Below are positions 39,880-50,045 of a stretch of DNA of 64,000 nucleotides, in pieces. Numbering within the stretch: the first letter of the stretch is position 1; every line of letters starts with the position of its first letter. The notes under the pieces are model-generated. The model had not been told where the DNA came from. It saw only the letters and a program-made list of their open reading frames with translations, and searched no databases. A program made the position numbers and the translations under genes. The DNA is from a bacterium (GTDB lineage Bacteria; SAR324; JACQKK01), in the NCBI GenBank assembly GCA_965240465.1, contig OZ251219.1, positions 192,001-256,000 of the forward strand, read 5' to 3'.

Positions 39880-41193
39880 TTATCCTCGTTTTGAAAGAGG
39901 CTGGAAATGGCGCTCAGTTGAGCCTGTATAAACTTGTCGGGGACGGCAAATGCGGCTTGTTTGATCTAGACGCATCTCTCTCCAGTGTGCAATCCAACCC
40001 GGCAAACGACCCAGACTGAACATTACTGTGAACATGTTTTCTGGAATTCCTATTGCTCGGTACAAAATCCCGCTATAAAAATCTACATTGGGATAAAGTT
40101 TTCGTTGTAAGAAATACTCATCTTTTAGAGCAGCTGTCTCCAATTCCTTGGCGATGTCCAACATAGGATCCTTCAGATTCAGCAATTTCAGTACCCTGTC
40201 AACATGTATCTTAATTATACGCTCACGGGGATCAAAGTTTTTATACACCCGATGCCCAAATCCCATCAATCGTATCCCATTGGTTTTATTTTTTACCTTT
40301 GATATAAAATCCTCAACCCCCATTCCATTTTTTTCAATTGCCCGTAACATTTCCAGCACTGACTGATTAGCCCCTCCGTGCAAAGGCCCCCTTAAGGCAC
40401 CTACCCCCGCGGCAATAGAGGTACACAAATCCGAATGCGAACTGCCAACCATACGCACCGTAGAAGTAGAACAATTCTGCTCGTGGTCGGCATGCAAAAT
40501 AAACAATATATCCAAAGCTCTTACCAGCTCAGGCCTGATCCGGTAAGACTGTGTGGGTAGGGAGAACATCATGTTAAGGAAATTCTCTGTGTAGCTCAAG
40601 TTGTTGTCAGGATATACCATAGGCTGATCCAGCATGTGCTTGTATATCCAAGCTGCAATAGTTGGCAGTTTAGCCATCAATTTCTGTGCGGTTAGATCAA
40701 CTTGTTCTGAGTCATATTTATCGGAAAAATCAGAATAAATTCCCCCCAGGGCCGCAACCGCTGCCGACATAAGTGCCATGGGATGAGCATGGCGACTAAA
40801 TGATCCAAAAAATCTATGGAACGCCTCTGGCAACAAAGTATGATTAGTAATCACATCTGCATATGCCTCTAACTGTTCCTTGGTAGGCAATTGACCATTA
40901 TAAAGCAAATAACTAACTTCTATAAAACTTGCTCCCTCACACAACTCCTCGATTGGATACCCCCTATATCGTAGTATTCCTTTTTCACCGTCTAGAAAAG
41001 TAATCTGGCTCTCACAAGAACCAGTATTCGCATATCCTTTATCCATGGTGATCAGACCGGTGCACTTACGAAGGAGGTTTATATCAAGTGCTCGTTCTCC
41101 TTCGCTACCCTCAATGATTGGCAATTGAAAATCATTGCCCCCATAATTAAGCTGTGCGGTTTTTTTATCCACTGATTTTATTGCATAAGTCAA
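39880..41193 (-). CDS. gltA: Citrate synthase
   Basis: HADHEQNCST, GPLHGGAN, GFGHRVYK, YPNVDFYSG. Confidence 0.97.
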   Translation of the reverse strand: MTYAIKSVDKKTAQLNYGGNDFQLPIIEGSEGERALDINLLRKCTGLITMDKGYANTGSCESQITFLDGEKGILRYRGYPIEELCEGASFIEVSYLLYNGQLPTKEQLEAYADVITNHTLLPEAFHRFFGSFSRHAHPMALMSAAVAALGGIYSDFSDKYDSEQVDLTAQKLMAKLPTIAAWIYKHMLDQPMVYPDNNLSYTENFLNMMFSLPTQSYRIRPELVRALDILFILHADHEQNCSTSTVRMVGSSHSDLCTSIAAGVGALRGPLHGGANQSVLEMLRAIEKNGMGVEDFISKVKNKTNGIRLMGFGHRVYKNFDPRERIIKIHVDRVLKLLNLKDPMLDIAKELETAALKDEYFLQRKLYPNVDFYSGILYRAIGIPENMFTVMFSLGRLPGWIAHWREMRLDQTSRICRPRQVYTGSTERHFQPLSKRG

Positions 41194-41566
41194 TTTTATA
41201 GGCGGTAATCACTGTTATACTAAGCCATCTTGGCTTATAAATATAACAGTCCTATGTTATTCTCGCAAATTCTTAAATTGGGTACAAATTATTAAAAAAA
41301 ACTTGATTTATTGAATTAAGTCTGTTACGGGTGGAGGGTATGGTGTTCTGATTTGCGATCAAGGTAAAAAAAGACTGGTTAATCAGAGGCTAGGAAAGCC
41401 GTTTTTAGTATCTAGGGTAGGAGTCAAAAGTATCTATAGTTTTTCATGCCGTGCTCCCCGGCTTTTTGGGAGTTTTGGACTAGGGCTGAAAGAAGGAATT
41501 ATGGCATGTGTTTGCGATGATTGCTTTTTTCAGGCCGTTTAACCTCATTCATTAAGGAGAATAACA

Positions 41567-42778
41567 ATGTCCAACCAAATAAAAATAGCAAGTCTGAGCA
41601 CTCTCGGAGTGACTTTGGCTCTGCTTCTAAGTACACAAGCACTCGCTCAACCGGAAATCTCTGGTATGGCGAGAACTTCTTTCGGTCAATTTGGCGTCAG
41701 TACCAAAGTGGGAAGTGATAAGGCTGAAAGTTCCTCCGGCTTTGCTGGTAGCTTCCTAGGCGGGTTGATTATTGAAGGCACAGCTGGGGCGGTCGGTTAT
41801 TCTTTCGGATTAATTGGCGAAGCCAAAAATGGTGGCACTGAGTACGGTGGTACTTACGAGAGAGATGACACTGTAGGAGTGTCAGGTGAGCTCACCTTTT
41901 CTCCCATTGAAAGCTTAACCATAGCGTTAGGAAATAGTGTAGGCGTGGGTGAGGGAAACATCACCAATGTCAGTGTCGGAGGCTACCCCATTGGAATTAA
42001 CCGACCGTCTGACTTTGGTTTCAGTGCCGGTTCTCAACTTGTGTTTCGTTTTGATGATGGTACCTTCCAAGCCGGTTTTGGATTCGGTGGTGATAAGTCA
42101 GATGAGCTGGTAGTAATAGAAAAAGCTTCAGCAGATGACGCATCTACCCCTGATGTAGACGAAACAGTTGCAGTAGTTAAAGAAGGTTCTTTAAATGAAA
42201 CACTTTACTTTGCCAATGGTAAATTACTGGATGGTGCTCTGTTTGTAGGTCTACGAGGTAACATGGTCACCGAAACCGCCACAGATGAAGAGGTAGCTAC
42301 TAAGTTAACCAATAAGACTACTAGTTCAGCCCTAGGATTTGGGGCTAAATTTACCCAAGATCTATTCTCAGTCGGTTTTGAGAGTGGCACCACCAGTGGC
42401 ACTTTGAAAATAGGTGATAAGGAAAAGCTGGATACATTTAATACTAGTATTATAGCCCTTGGAGGCTCTGTTAATGTTGGAACTGGTGTTATAGCCATTG
42501 GTTATAGTGCCGACACAACCTCCCTTGCCAAAGCTCCTAAAGGAGAAGGTGCGAAGAAAGGTGAAAAAACTGATGTGGTAACCCTGGTAGAGTATAAATT
42601 GAATCCCAACATCAATTTTGTCTTTGGTAGCCAAGCCGTTACTGATGACCTTGTTGCTGATACCTCGTTAGATACTTATGGTGCCACCAAAGATGTTGTT
42701 GTCGCTGGTGTAACGACTAGTCTCAAGTCAACAGAAACACAATCTTTCATTGGTTTGGTTCTTAAGGCTACATTCTAG
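41567..42778 (+). CDS. Putative outer-membrane beta-barrel protein (porin-like), paralog 1
   Basis: RBS AAGGAG, signal peptide, Gly/Thr-rich alternating strands, C-terminal Phe. Confidence 0.7.
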   Translation: MSNQIKIASLSTLGVTLALLLSTQALAQPEISGMARTSFGQFGVSTKVGSDKAESSSGFAGSFLGGLIIEGTAGAVGYSFGLIGEAKNGGTEYGGTYERDDTVGVSGELTFSPIESLTIALGNSVGVGEGNITNVSVGGYPIGINRPSDFGFSAGSQLVFRFDDGTFQAGFGFGGDKSDELVVIEKASADDASTPDVDETVAVVKEGSLNETLYFANGKLLDGALFVGLRGNMVTETATDEEVATKLTNKTTSSALGFGAKFTQDLFSVGFESGTTSGTLKIGDKEKLDTFNTSIIALGGSVNVGTGVIAIGYSADTTSLAKAPKGEGAKKGEKTDVVTLVEYKLNPNINFVFGSQAVTDDLVADTSLDTYGATKDVVVAGVTTSLKSTETQSFIGLVLKATF

Positions 42779-42824
42779 GATAGCTTAAAAAAGTTGCTTT
42801 TAGCAAACTGTAGCTTGACGGTTG

Positions 42825-42858
42825 AAACTCCCCATGTTACACACATGGGGAGTTTTTT
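42825..42858 (+). terminator. Rho-independent terminator
   Basis: AAACTCCCCATGT-TACAC-ACATGGGGAGTTT followed by TTT. Confidence 0.88.
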
Positions 42859-42908
42859 GTTTATGTTGACTAGAATGAATTGTCAATTACATTTTACAGG
42901 AGGACTTT

Positions 42909-44177
42909 GTGTCTAATTTTTTTAAGCTGGGATTAGGGGTTATTCTTTTTTTGCTATTAAGCACGCAAGCATTTTCCCAAGATCAGCCCCCGGCAGAAGA
43001 TTCCAGTGCTGATACAGAAGGTGAAGAGTCTTCAGAACCTCTTGAGATTAGTAGTTCTGTAAGTGTATCATATGGTCGGTTGAGTAGTACCATCAAGCCT
43101 GCTCTCAGTGGATACAGCGTTCAAGATGGGAACACATTTGGTGGTAGCTTTTCAGGCAGCTTATCTTTTAGTGGTGATACCGATTTGTTTTCTTATGGTT
43201 TTGGGCTTTCGGGTTCGTCCGGTTCGGGGACAACCAAATCTGGGGCAAACATTAGCTCTGAGAGTGGTAGCGTGTCGTTAGGCGGCTCGATAAATTTTTC
43301 TTTTGCTGAGGAATTCGGTCTTAGCATAGGCAATAGTGTTGGCAGTGGCAGTATTGTAGCAGCCAGTGTGGGTAGAGGAGGTTCTCCTGTTTCCATCAGC
43401 CATCCCTCTTCTATAGGATTATCTGGACATAGCTTCATACTAAATTATAATAGCGAACTGCTACAAGCCGGTTATGGGGTAGGTAATAGCACAGCTGCGA
43501 TACCTCTTGTAGCTGCCGATGAAAGTAATCAGGACGATACTAATGGCAATTTGACTCATGTGCTGTACTACGCCAATGCTAGCCTGCTTGATGAAAGTTT
43601 GTCATTGGGGTTCCGTTCTCGCACTTCAACCACCACAGTAGATGTTCAAAGTCAGCCCGAAAGGCCAACAAGTCCCAATAGCAATAACCTTGTCCCCGCC
43701 ATAGTTGGTCGCACCAATAGGCATGTGTCAATTAGCAATGGTTTTGATGTGCGTTTCTCCAAAGATGCCCTATCTATAGGATTTGAATCAGGGAATAACC
43801 TCAAAAGCATTGATTCAGGTGAGGGTGTTCTTAATGTAAAAGGCGACTACGAAAAAACCTCTAGTACCGCTATTGGTGCTAGCTATGGCTCATTTGCTTT
43901 TGCACAAAGTAATAGCGTAACCAAGCCTGTCACCTTTGTAGGGTTTGTAGGAGTAGGTGAAGGCAAGAAGTGGGAAAAAACTAGTATTGCCCGTACCTTA
44001 GGATATATTATCAATGACAGTACCCACGTTATCTATGGAAGCAGATCTTCTAAAGATAATTCAGACCCTGATAATGCAAATTCATTTACCGTTTACGGCT
44101 CAGCATTTATAAATGGCACAAAAGAAACAAATGAAATCTTTATTGGTGCAGTTTTCAGTGCTGGTGCTTCAAACTAA
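42909..44177 (+). CDS. Putative outer-membrane beta-barrel protein, paralog 2
   Basis: RBS AGGAGG, signal peptide, collinear motif blocks shared with 41567-42778. Confidence 0.7.
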   Translation: MSNFFKLGLGVILFLLLSTQAFSQDQPPAEDSSADTEGEESSEPLEISSSVSVSYGRLSSTIKPALSGYSVQDGNTFGGSFSGSLSFSGDTDLFSYGFGLSGSSGSGTTKSGANISSESGSVSLGGSINFSFAEEFGLSIGNSVGSGSIVAASVGRGGSPVSISHPSSIGLSGHSFILNYNSELLQAGYGVGNSTAAIPLVAADESNQDDTNGNLTHVLYYANASLLDESLSLGFRSRTSTTTVDVQSQPERPTSPNSNNLVPAIVGRTNRHVSISNGFDVRFSKDALSIGFESGNNLKSIDSGEGVLNVKGDYEKTSSTAIGASYGSFAFAQSNSVTKPVTFVGFVGVGEGKKWEKTSIARTLGYIINDSTHVIYGSRSSKDNSDPDNANSFTVYGSAFINGTKETNEIFIGAVFSAGASN

Positions 44178-44308
44178 TTGATGGTTTGTTATTTTTCAAT
44201 AAAATGAGAAATATCCAGCAGGCAACCTTGTGTACCATCCACCTCTCTTCGGGTAGTCCCCGTGGAATGATGAGGCAATGATGGGCGGTACTCGTCTGGG
44301 ATGGCCAT

Positions 44309-45214
44309 ATGGTTGGTGTTCAAATGAGTTTGCGGAGGAGGTATCGCTTTCGGGGGATTGGCATTCATAGTGGTTTGGAGACGGAGGTAATGTTAAATCC
44401 GGCAGAGGATGATAGCGGGGTGCAATTTATTTTTAATAACCAGAGGGGATATACTAGTAGCAGGAATGACTGCGATAAAAAGTTCCCTAGGTTGAAGGCA
44501 CATTGGGATAACATTAGCGATACAAACTTAAATACCACCTTGTCTGGAGAAGCAGGTACGGTTAAGACGGTTGAGCATTTACTTTCGGCATTGGTAGGCA
44601 TGGGGGTGAATAACGTATTGATTGAGACTAGCGGAGGTGAAATTCCTGCTATGGACGGAAGTGCCCGTCCATTTGTGGAGGGTATAGCTCGGGCGGGTCG
44701 GAAGCCGGGGAAGAGTACCTTGAAATACTTGAAAGTTTTGTGTGCGGTGGAGGTAGAAGAAGGAGAGGCTGTAGCTGGACTATATCCCTCGGCTGAATTA
44801 GTTTATGATTGTAGCATTGAATTTCCTCAGGTACATATCGGTAATCAACGGGTGCGGATAAAGATGTCAGCAGAGAAGTATGCTGCAGAAATAGCCGCAG
44901 CACGTACATTTGGTTTTCAGGAGCAGTTGCAGCAGTTGAAGTTGTCGGGGCGGGGTTTAGGTGCCAGCCTGCACAATGCGATAGGTTTGGGAGTAAATGG
45001 CGAGGTATTAAACGATGATGGGCTACGCTTCCCTGATGAATTGGTACGCCATAAATTGCTGGATGCAGTGGGCGATTTATCATTGGCAGGAGGACCGCTA
45101 TTGGCAGAATATCGATCTTTTAAGCCTAATCACAAGTTACATCAGCGGCTTTTGCAGGCCTTATTTTCAGATTCTTCCAATTATCGGTGGATACTGAGGA
45201 AAGAAATCTACTAG
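44309..45214 (+). CDS. lpxC: UDP-3-O-acyl-GlcNAc deacetylase
   Basis: GIGIHSG, TVEHLLSAL, ARTFGF, HKLLDAVGD. Confidence 0.95.
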   Translation: MVGVQMSLRRRYRFRGIGIHSGLETEVMLNPAEDDSGVQFIFNNQRGYTSSRNDCDKKFPRLKAHWDNISDTNLNTTLSGEAGTVKTVEHLLSALVGMGVNNVLIETSGGEIPAMDGSARPFVEGIARAGRKPGKSTLKYLKVLCAVEVEEGEAVAGLYPSAELVYDCSIEFPQVHIGNQRVRIKMSAEKYAAEIAAARTFGFQEQLQQLKLSGRGLGASLHNAIGLGVNGEVLNDDGLRFPDELVRHKLLDAVGDLSLAGGPLLAEYRSFKPNHKLHQRLLQALFSDSSNYRWILRKEIY

Positions 45215-45336
45215 GTGTTTTTAGGGTCTGTAGCAAATAAGGCGATAAGAAGCAGGTTCTCTTAGAGGATAGACGTAGGTCACAATGATGATATGGTTGT
45301 ACTTTGTTTTAGCTTATAAAGAAGGAATCCTGACGA

Positions 45337-46089
45337 GTGAACTGGCGTAAATTGATTACCCTTATTATATCCGTAGATGAGGGGCGTTCATTTTATTGGA
45401 GTTTGCCTTGCTGGCGATTGTTGCTGTGGGCATCAATGGGTGCGTTTTGTTTGGGATTGTTATTGTTTGTTTCTATTGATTATTTGTTTGCCCATGGTCG
45501 TCTGAATAACCTACAGGCACAATTAGCAGATATTACCAAGCAGGCACAAGCATTTGAGAAACGGTTGTTTTTTGCAGATAAGCGGAATTTTGAGAGTTCT
45601 TATTCACCCCCAGCTGTAGAGGGAGATGAAGATTATCAGCTACCCTTGTCCTTGAAGAGTGCTCGTGCTTGGGTTGGCAGTAATACAGTGGAGTTAGATT
45701 TTGTTCTACAGTTGAGATCTACAGGATCTTCTTACGGAGGAGATTCATTGAGTAATGTTCCTTCTCCTTTGAGTGGTACCATGGTGGCAGTGCTAGCTAA
45801 CGAGGATGAAACTCCGGTGCAGTATTTAAGTATTCCAAGAATGAATGTAACTGAGCGTGGATTTCCAAGTAATCGTTTTGCTGGTATTCATTTTTATCAG
45901 GTGCGTAGAAAGTTACATTTTCGCCGCAGAGTATCATTGTCTGTGAATAGAGATTATTTTACTCATGTTTTGCTATATGTTTTTTCCTCGCGAGGAGGCA
46001 TTATCTGGCATCAGCGTTTTAAGATGGAGCGAGAATGGTTTGCACGCCCCATAGAACACGAGCCACATCCACTTGTGTCTACTTTTTGA
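45337..46089 (+). CDS. Hypothetical bitopic protein (TM, coiled coil, beta-rich domain)
   Basis: 250-aa ORF, RBS AAGGA; lies upstream of the bactofilin gene. Confidence 0.7.
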   Translation: MNWRKLITLIISVDEGRSFYWSLPCWRLLLWASMGAFCLGLLLFVSIDYLFAHGRLNNLQAQLADITKQAQAFEKRLFFADKRNFESSYSPPAVEGDEDYQLPLSLKSARAWVGSNTVELDFVLQLRSTGSSYGGDSLSNVPSPLSGTMVAVLANEDETPVQYLSIPRMNVTERGFPSNRFAGIHFYQVRRKLHFRRRVSLSVNRDYFTHVLLYVFSSRGGIIWHQRFKMEREWFARPIEHEPHPLVSTF

Positions 46090-46103
46090 GATAGTAACAA
46101 CGA

Positions 46104-46146
46104 GCAAGATTTTTCAGTGCTAAGATTTTTTAGTGCTAAGATTTTT
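46104..46146 (+). repeat. 16-bp-period direct repeat
   Basis: Partial GCAAGATTTTT, then AGTGCTAAGATTTTT twice (46116 and 46132). Confidence 0.75.
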
Positions 46147-46272
46147 ATGAACAAGAAGACCATCAAATCATTTATAATGAGGAGATAATTGGTGAAAAAT
46201 TTGTGATTAAAGGGTCTAAGAGAATAACAATATTGATTATTAAGGTCTTATTTTAAGAAGAAAGTATACCCA

Positions 46273-46701
46273 ATGTTTTGGCGGAAATGGATAAAATCAG
46301 ATCAAGGGAATATCAGCTTATTAGGTAAGGATACTAAACTGGTGGGCGACATTTGCTTTTCTGGCACTTTGCGTATTGAAGGGAAGGTGTATGGATCAGT
46401 AAAAGGCGATGGCCAATCTACCGCCAACTTGATGCTAAATCACCAAGCCCGAGTACAAGGCCCGGTACGGGTGGATAACATCAAAATAGGTGGCTTCTTA
46501 AATGGCAATGTTCATGCCTCTCAGAGAGTGGAAGTGTTACCATCTGGTTGTTTGGATGGAAATGTTTATACTACTGATTTTGTAATTCAAAAAGGCGGTC
46601 AATTTAAGGGTACTTGTTATAAGTATTCCAATATTAAAAAACCCTTGTTCACAAAAAATAAGGTGCTTCGTCCAAAATCATCTGTTCGTAAATTATCCTA
46701 A
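46273..46701 (+). CDS. Bactofilin (polymer-forming cytoskeletal protein)
   Basis: SLLGKDTKLVGDI, LRIEGKVYG, GNVHA, GGQFKG beta-helix pattern. Confidence 0.88.
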   Translation: MFWRKWIKSDQGNISLLGKDTKLVGDICFSGTLRIEGKVYGSVKGDGQSTANLMLNHQARVQGPVRVDNIKIGGFLNGNVHASQRVEVLPSGCLDGNVYTTDFVIQKGGQFKGTCYKYSNIKKPLFTKNKVLRPKSSVRKLS

Positions 46702-46823
46702 CTACCCCATCCCAGAGACTCTTGATTGGCTACTACAAAAAAATTACAGGGTGCTAAAACACCAGCCTTGCCATTATTTTTCACTAAACATGCTTGACAT
46801 AGAGCTACTAATTTTTCCACACT

Positions 46824-48017
46824 TTGGGGATACTTGCAGAAAACAGGTCGTATTTACACATAACCTACGGTGCTACCCTGATCGAAGGACATATTTTGAA
46901 ATCATTTGTTCATTCTATTAAACATTTTTTATCTCATTGGCTCTGGCAACGATGTTTGTTCATAGGGTTAATGTTGCTGGGATTATTTTCCTTGGCAGGT
47001 TGTGATAAATCTTCTTCCACCAGACAATCTACTGAGCAAATACGCTGGAAGCTAGCTGCTGCCTATCCTTCCACCCTGCCTGTCTTAGGGGAGGGGGCCA
47101 CCTATTATGTAGAAAGAGTGCGTACCATTACTCAGGGACGGTTGGACATTAAATTATTTGAGCCTAATAAATTGGTACCCCCTTTAGAGATGTTTGATGC
47201 TGTAAGTAAAGGCTCCATTGATGCTGCTTGGTCTGCCCCAGGTTATTGGACCGGCAAGATTCCTGCGGCTGCACTTTTTGCGGCAGTGCCATTTGGTCCT
47301 GATGTTACCGAGTACCTGACCTGGATTTACCAAGGCGGAGGACTAAAATTGTGGCGTGAAATATATGGTCGCAGCAATGTCGTGCCTATTCCCTGCGGGT
47401 TGCTTCCACCTGAAGCTTCAGGATGGTTTCGGAAGCCAATTGTTTCTCCTCAGGATTTTAAGGGGATGAAAATTCGTTTTTATGGATTGGGTGGATCGGT
47501 ATTGGAAAAACTAGGAGCTTCGGTACAATTGCTACCTGTAGCAGAAACCTACCCTGCCTTGGAAAGCGGTCTTCTGGATGCTGCAGAGTTATCCATGCCT
47601 AGCATTGATGACAAGCTCGGATTCGCTAAGATAGCGAAATATTACTATTTTCCGGGTTGGCATCAACAGGCTTCTTTTTTGGAATTGTTGATAGCTAAAC
47701 CACGTTGGAAAGAATTGTCTACCGCTGATAAGAGCCTGCTGGAGAGTGTCTGTCGGGATACCATTGTGGAACATGTAGTACTAGGAGAATCTCAGCAAGG
47801 TAGTGCTTTGCGTAAGCTAGAGAGTCAAGGAGTAACTATTAATCGTTGGAATAATGAAATTCTAACTGCGTTCCGTGGTGCTTGGCAAAAAGTAGTAAAA
47901 GAACAAAGTGCAAAAGATAAAGATTTTCGCCGCGTTTATAAGTCTTACCAAACATTCCGGAATGATTACGCTCGCTGGGCAGATTTATCACGCTTGCCTG
48001 CTAAAAGTAGCCAGTAG
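46824..48017 (+). CDS. dctP: TRAP transporter substrate-binding protein (TakP-like)
   Basis: FDAVSKG, YWTGK, KIRFYGLGG, YYFPGWHQ; true start probably downstream (TTG 46896). Confidence 0.9.
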   Translation: MGILAENRSYLHITYGATLIEGHILKSFVHSIKHFLSHWLWQRCLFIGLMLLGLFSLAGCDKSSSTRQSTEQIRWKLAAAYPSTLPVLGEGATYYVERVRTITQGRLDIKLFEPNKLVPPLEMFDAVSKGSIDAAWSAPGYWTGKIPAAALFAAVPFGPDVTEYLTWIYQGGGLKLWREIYGRSNVVPIPCGLLPPEASGWFRKPIVSPQDFKGMKIRFYGLGGSVLEKLGASVQLLPVAETYPALESGLLDAAELSMPSIDDKLGFAKIAKYYYFPGWHQQASFLELLIAKPRWKELSTADKSLLESVCRDTIVEHVVLGESQQGSALRKLESQGVTINRWNNEILTAFRGAWQKVVKEQSAKDKDFRRVYKSYQTFRNDYARWADLSRLPAKSSQ

Positions 48018-48078
48018 CTAACTGAGCCACGGCTACATCCGTACCTGATACTGCCTAGGTGCGGTTGCTCCTCCTTCG

Positions 48079-48687
48079 GTGTTGGATCAGATAGGCTTAC
48101 TCTTCGGGAAAAACATGCCTAAATTGATATCTCGGCAGTGTGTTGCCAATCGTTTGGAAAAGTGGTGTTCCCTAGTAGGTAAGAAAGCAGCTTGGCTTTA
48201 TTTGTTGGTAGTTTTAGTGATTGTGTGGGATGTCATTACCAGACGGTTGTTGGATCGGGGTTCGGTGTTATTGCAGGAGTTGGAGTGGCATGTTCATTCG
48301 GTGGTTTTTTTGGCTTGTTTGGCATGGACCTATGGACGTGATGAACACATTCGGTTAGATTTGCTTCGCCCCTTTATGAGTACCAGATTGAAGGCCCAAA
48401 TAGAATTATGGGGCTGTCTACTGCTACTATTGCCCTGGAGCATTTGGACCACGGTATGGGGATGGCAATTTGTGGCTGCCTCTTTTAACATTGGCGAGCG
48501 TTCTAATGCTCCCAGCGGATTAGGTGCTCGTTGGCTGATAAAATCTGCTTTGCCACTGGGGATGATGCTGTTGACACTGCAGGGCTGGGCTCAAGTATTA
48601 CGACTGCTTACCTTATTGTTTCCTAGGTTGGCCACCGCACCTCCAAATATGTCTGTTTCTCAACAACCATCTTCTTTTGATCGCTAA
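48079..48687 (+). CDS. dctQ: TRAP transporter small permease
   Basis: LQELEWH, HIRLDL, GERS..PSGL. Confidence 0.88.
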   Translation: MLDQIGLLFGKNMPKLISRQCVANRLEKWCSLVGKKAAWLYLLVVLVIVWDVITRRLLDRGSVLLQELEWHVHSVVFLACLAWTYGRDEHIRLDLLRPFMSTRLKAQIELWGCLLLLLPWSIWTTVWGWQFVAASFNIGERSNAPSGLGARWLIKSALPLGMMLLTLQGWAQVLRLLTLLFPRLATAPPNMSVSQQPSSFDR

Positions 48688-50045
48688 TGACATGGCTTGA
48701 TTCGCTCGCTTTGCTGATGTTTCCTCTGCTGGCGTTTGGATTATTAAGTGGTTATCCAGTAGCTTTTGTGCTGGCAGGCATAGCCATGTTTGGAGGTCTG
48801 TTGGGTATGGGATTGGGATCTTTTCAAGCAGCAGAGTTTTACAACATAGTGTTGCGTAGTTGGGGAGTTGCTTCCAATCCCTTGTTAATATCCATTCCTA
48901 TGTTTGTTTTGATGGGGGTCACCCTAGAACATACTAAGATGGCAGAAGAATTACTGGAGAATTTGTCCAGTTGCCTAAGGCGTGTTCCGGGGGGATTAGC
49001 CATAGCAGTGGTAGTTATGGGAACCGTGACAGCTGCTGCCACGGGAATTATTGCGGCGTCAGTGGTTATGATGGGTCTGGTGGCCCTACGTCCGATGTTA
49101 AAACAGGGGTATCAGAAGGAATTTGCCTGCGGTACTGTTTGTGCATCTTCCACTCTGGGGATTCTCATTCCGCCCAGCATTATGCTGATACTAATGGGGC
49201 ATTTGCTTTCCCTGCCTGTTGGTGATTTGTTTTTAGGAGCTATTATTCCGGGCTTATTGCTATCATTTTTGTATGTAGGATATATTTTGCTACGTTGTAC
49301 CATGCAGCCTCAGTTAGCACCTGCCACCACGGAAAAACATAAGGAATGGTCTTGGCGAGCTATTGCTTCTCTGGTGAGGGTTTTGCTGCCAATAACATTA
49401 TTAGTGTTTTTGGTGTTAGGCAGTATTTTTAATGGTTGGGCTACTGCCACCGAAGCCTCTGGTGTGGGAGCAGCAGGGGCATTATTACTAGCGACATTAA
49501 AAAAATCTCTATCTTTGAAAGTACTCAAGAATATTGTGGAACGCAGTGCTCTGATCACGGCAAAAGCGTTCGCGATTATTTTAGGAGCGACTGCGTTTGC
49601 TTATGTTTTTCGTTCTTTGGGAGGGGAAGAATCCATAGAAAGCTTGTTGCTGGCACTTCCTTTTGACGGTTGGGGGTTACTAATTATCTTAATGGGATTG
49701 ATTTTCCTACTGGGATTTTTCTTTGATTGGATAGAGATTGTGCTGATTATTCTACCTTTATTTGCTCCACTGGCTGCCCAGCTGCCATTGGGATTGGGTA
49801 TTGATTCACAACAGCAAGTTTTGTGGTTTGCAATTTTGGTATCCATTAATTTGCAGACTTCCTTTTTAACGCCTCCATTTGGTTTTGCTCTGTTTTATCT
49901 AAAGGGCAGTGCTCCACCAGAAATATCATCAGTTCACATTTATCGTGGTATCATTCCCTTTGTGCTATTGCAATTATTAGGCTTAGGCCTAGTGATGCTA
50001 TTTCCTTCCCTGGCCTTGTGGTTACCTGCTCAAGTCAATTCTTAG
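48687..50045 (+). CDS. dctM: TRAP transporter large permease
   Basis: AATGII, LGILIPPSI, QTSFLTPPFG. Confidence 0.92.
   Translation: MTWLDSLALLMFPLLAFGLLSGYPVAFVLAGIAMFGGLLGMGLGSFQAAEFYNIVLRSWGVASNPLLISIPMFVLMGVTLEHTKMAEELLENLSSCLRRVPGGLAIAVVVMGTVTAAATGIIAASVVMMGLVALRPMLKQGYQKEFACGTVCASSTLGILIPPSIMLILMGHLLSLPVGDLFLGAIIPGLLLSFLYVGYILLRCTMQPQLAPATTEKHKEWSWRAIASLVRVLLPITLLVFLVLGSIFNGWATATEASGVGAAGALLLATLKKSLSLKVLKNIVERSALITAKAFAIILGATAFAYVFRSLGGEESIESLLLALPFDGWGLLIILMGLIFLLGFFFDWIEIVLIILPLFAPLAAQLPLGLGIDSQQQVLWFAILVSINLQTSFLTPPFGFALFYLKGSAPPEISSVHIYRGIIPFVLLQLLGLGLVMLFPSLALWLPAQVNS

Noticed and set aside
44212-44302. Long irregular hairpin upstream of lpxC as an ncRNA (SRP or 6S)
   Set aside because: No SRP or 6S consensus. 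It sits on a C-rich to G-rich skew flip, which produces pairing by composition alone.
46116-46146. CIRCE operator
   Set aside because: Only right-half-like AGTGCTAA in direct repeat; no inverted left arm at 9-nt spacing and no chaperone gene downstream.
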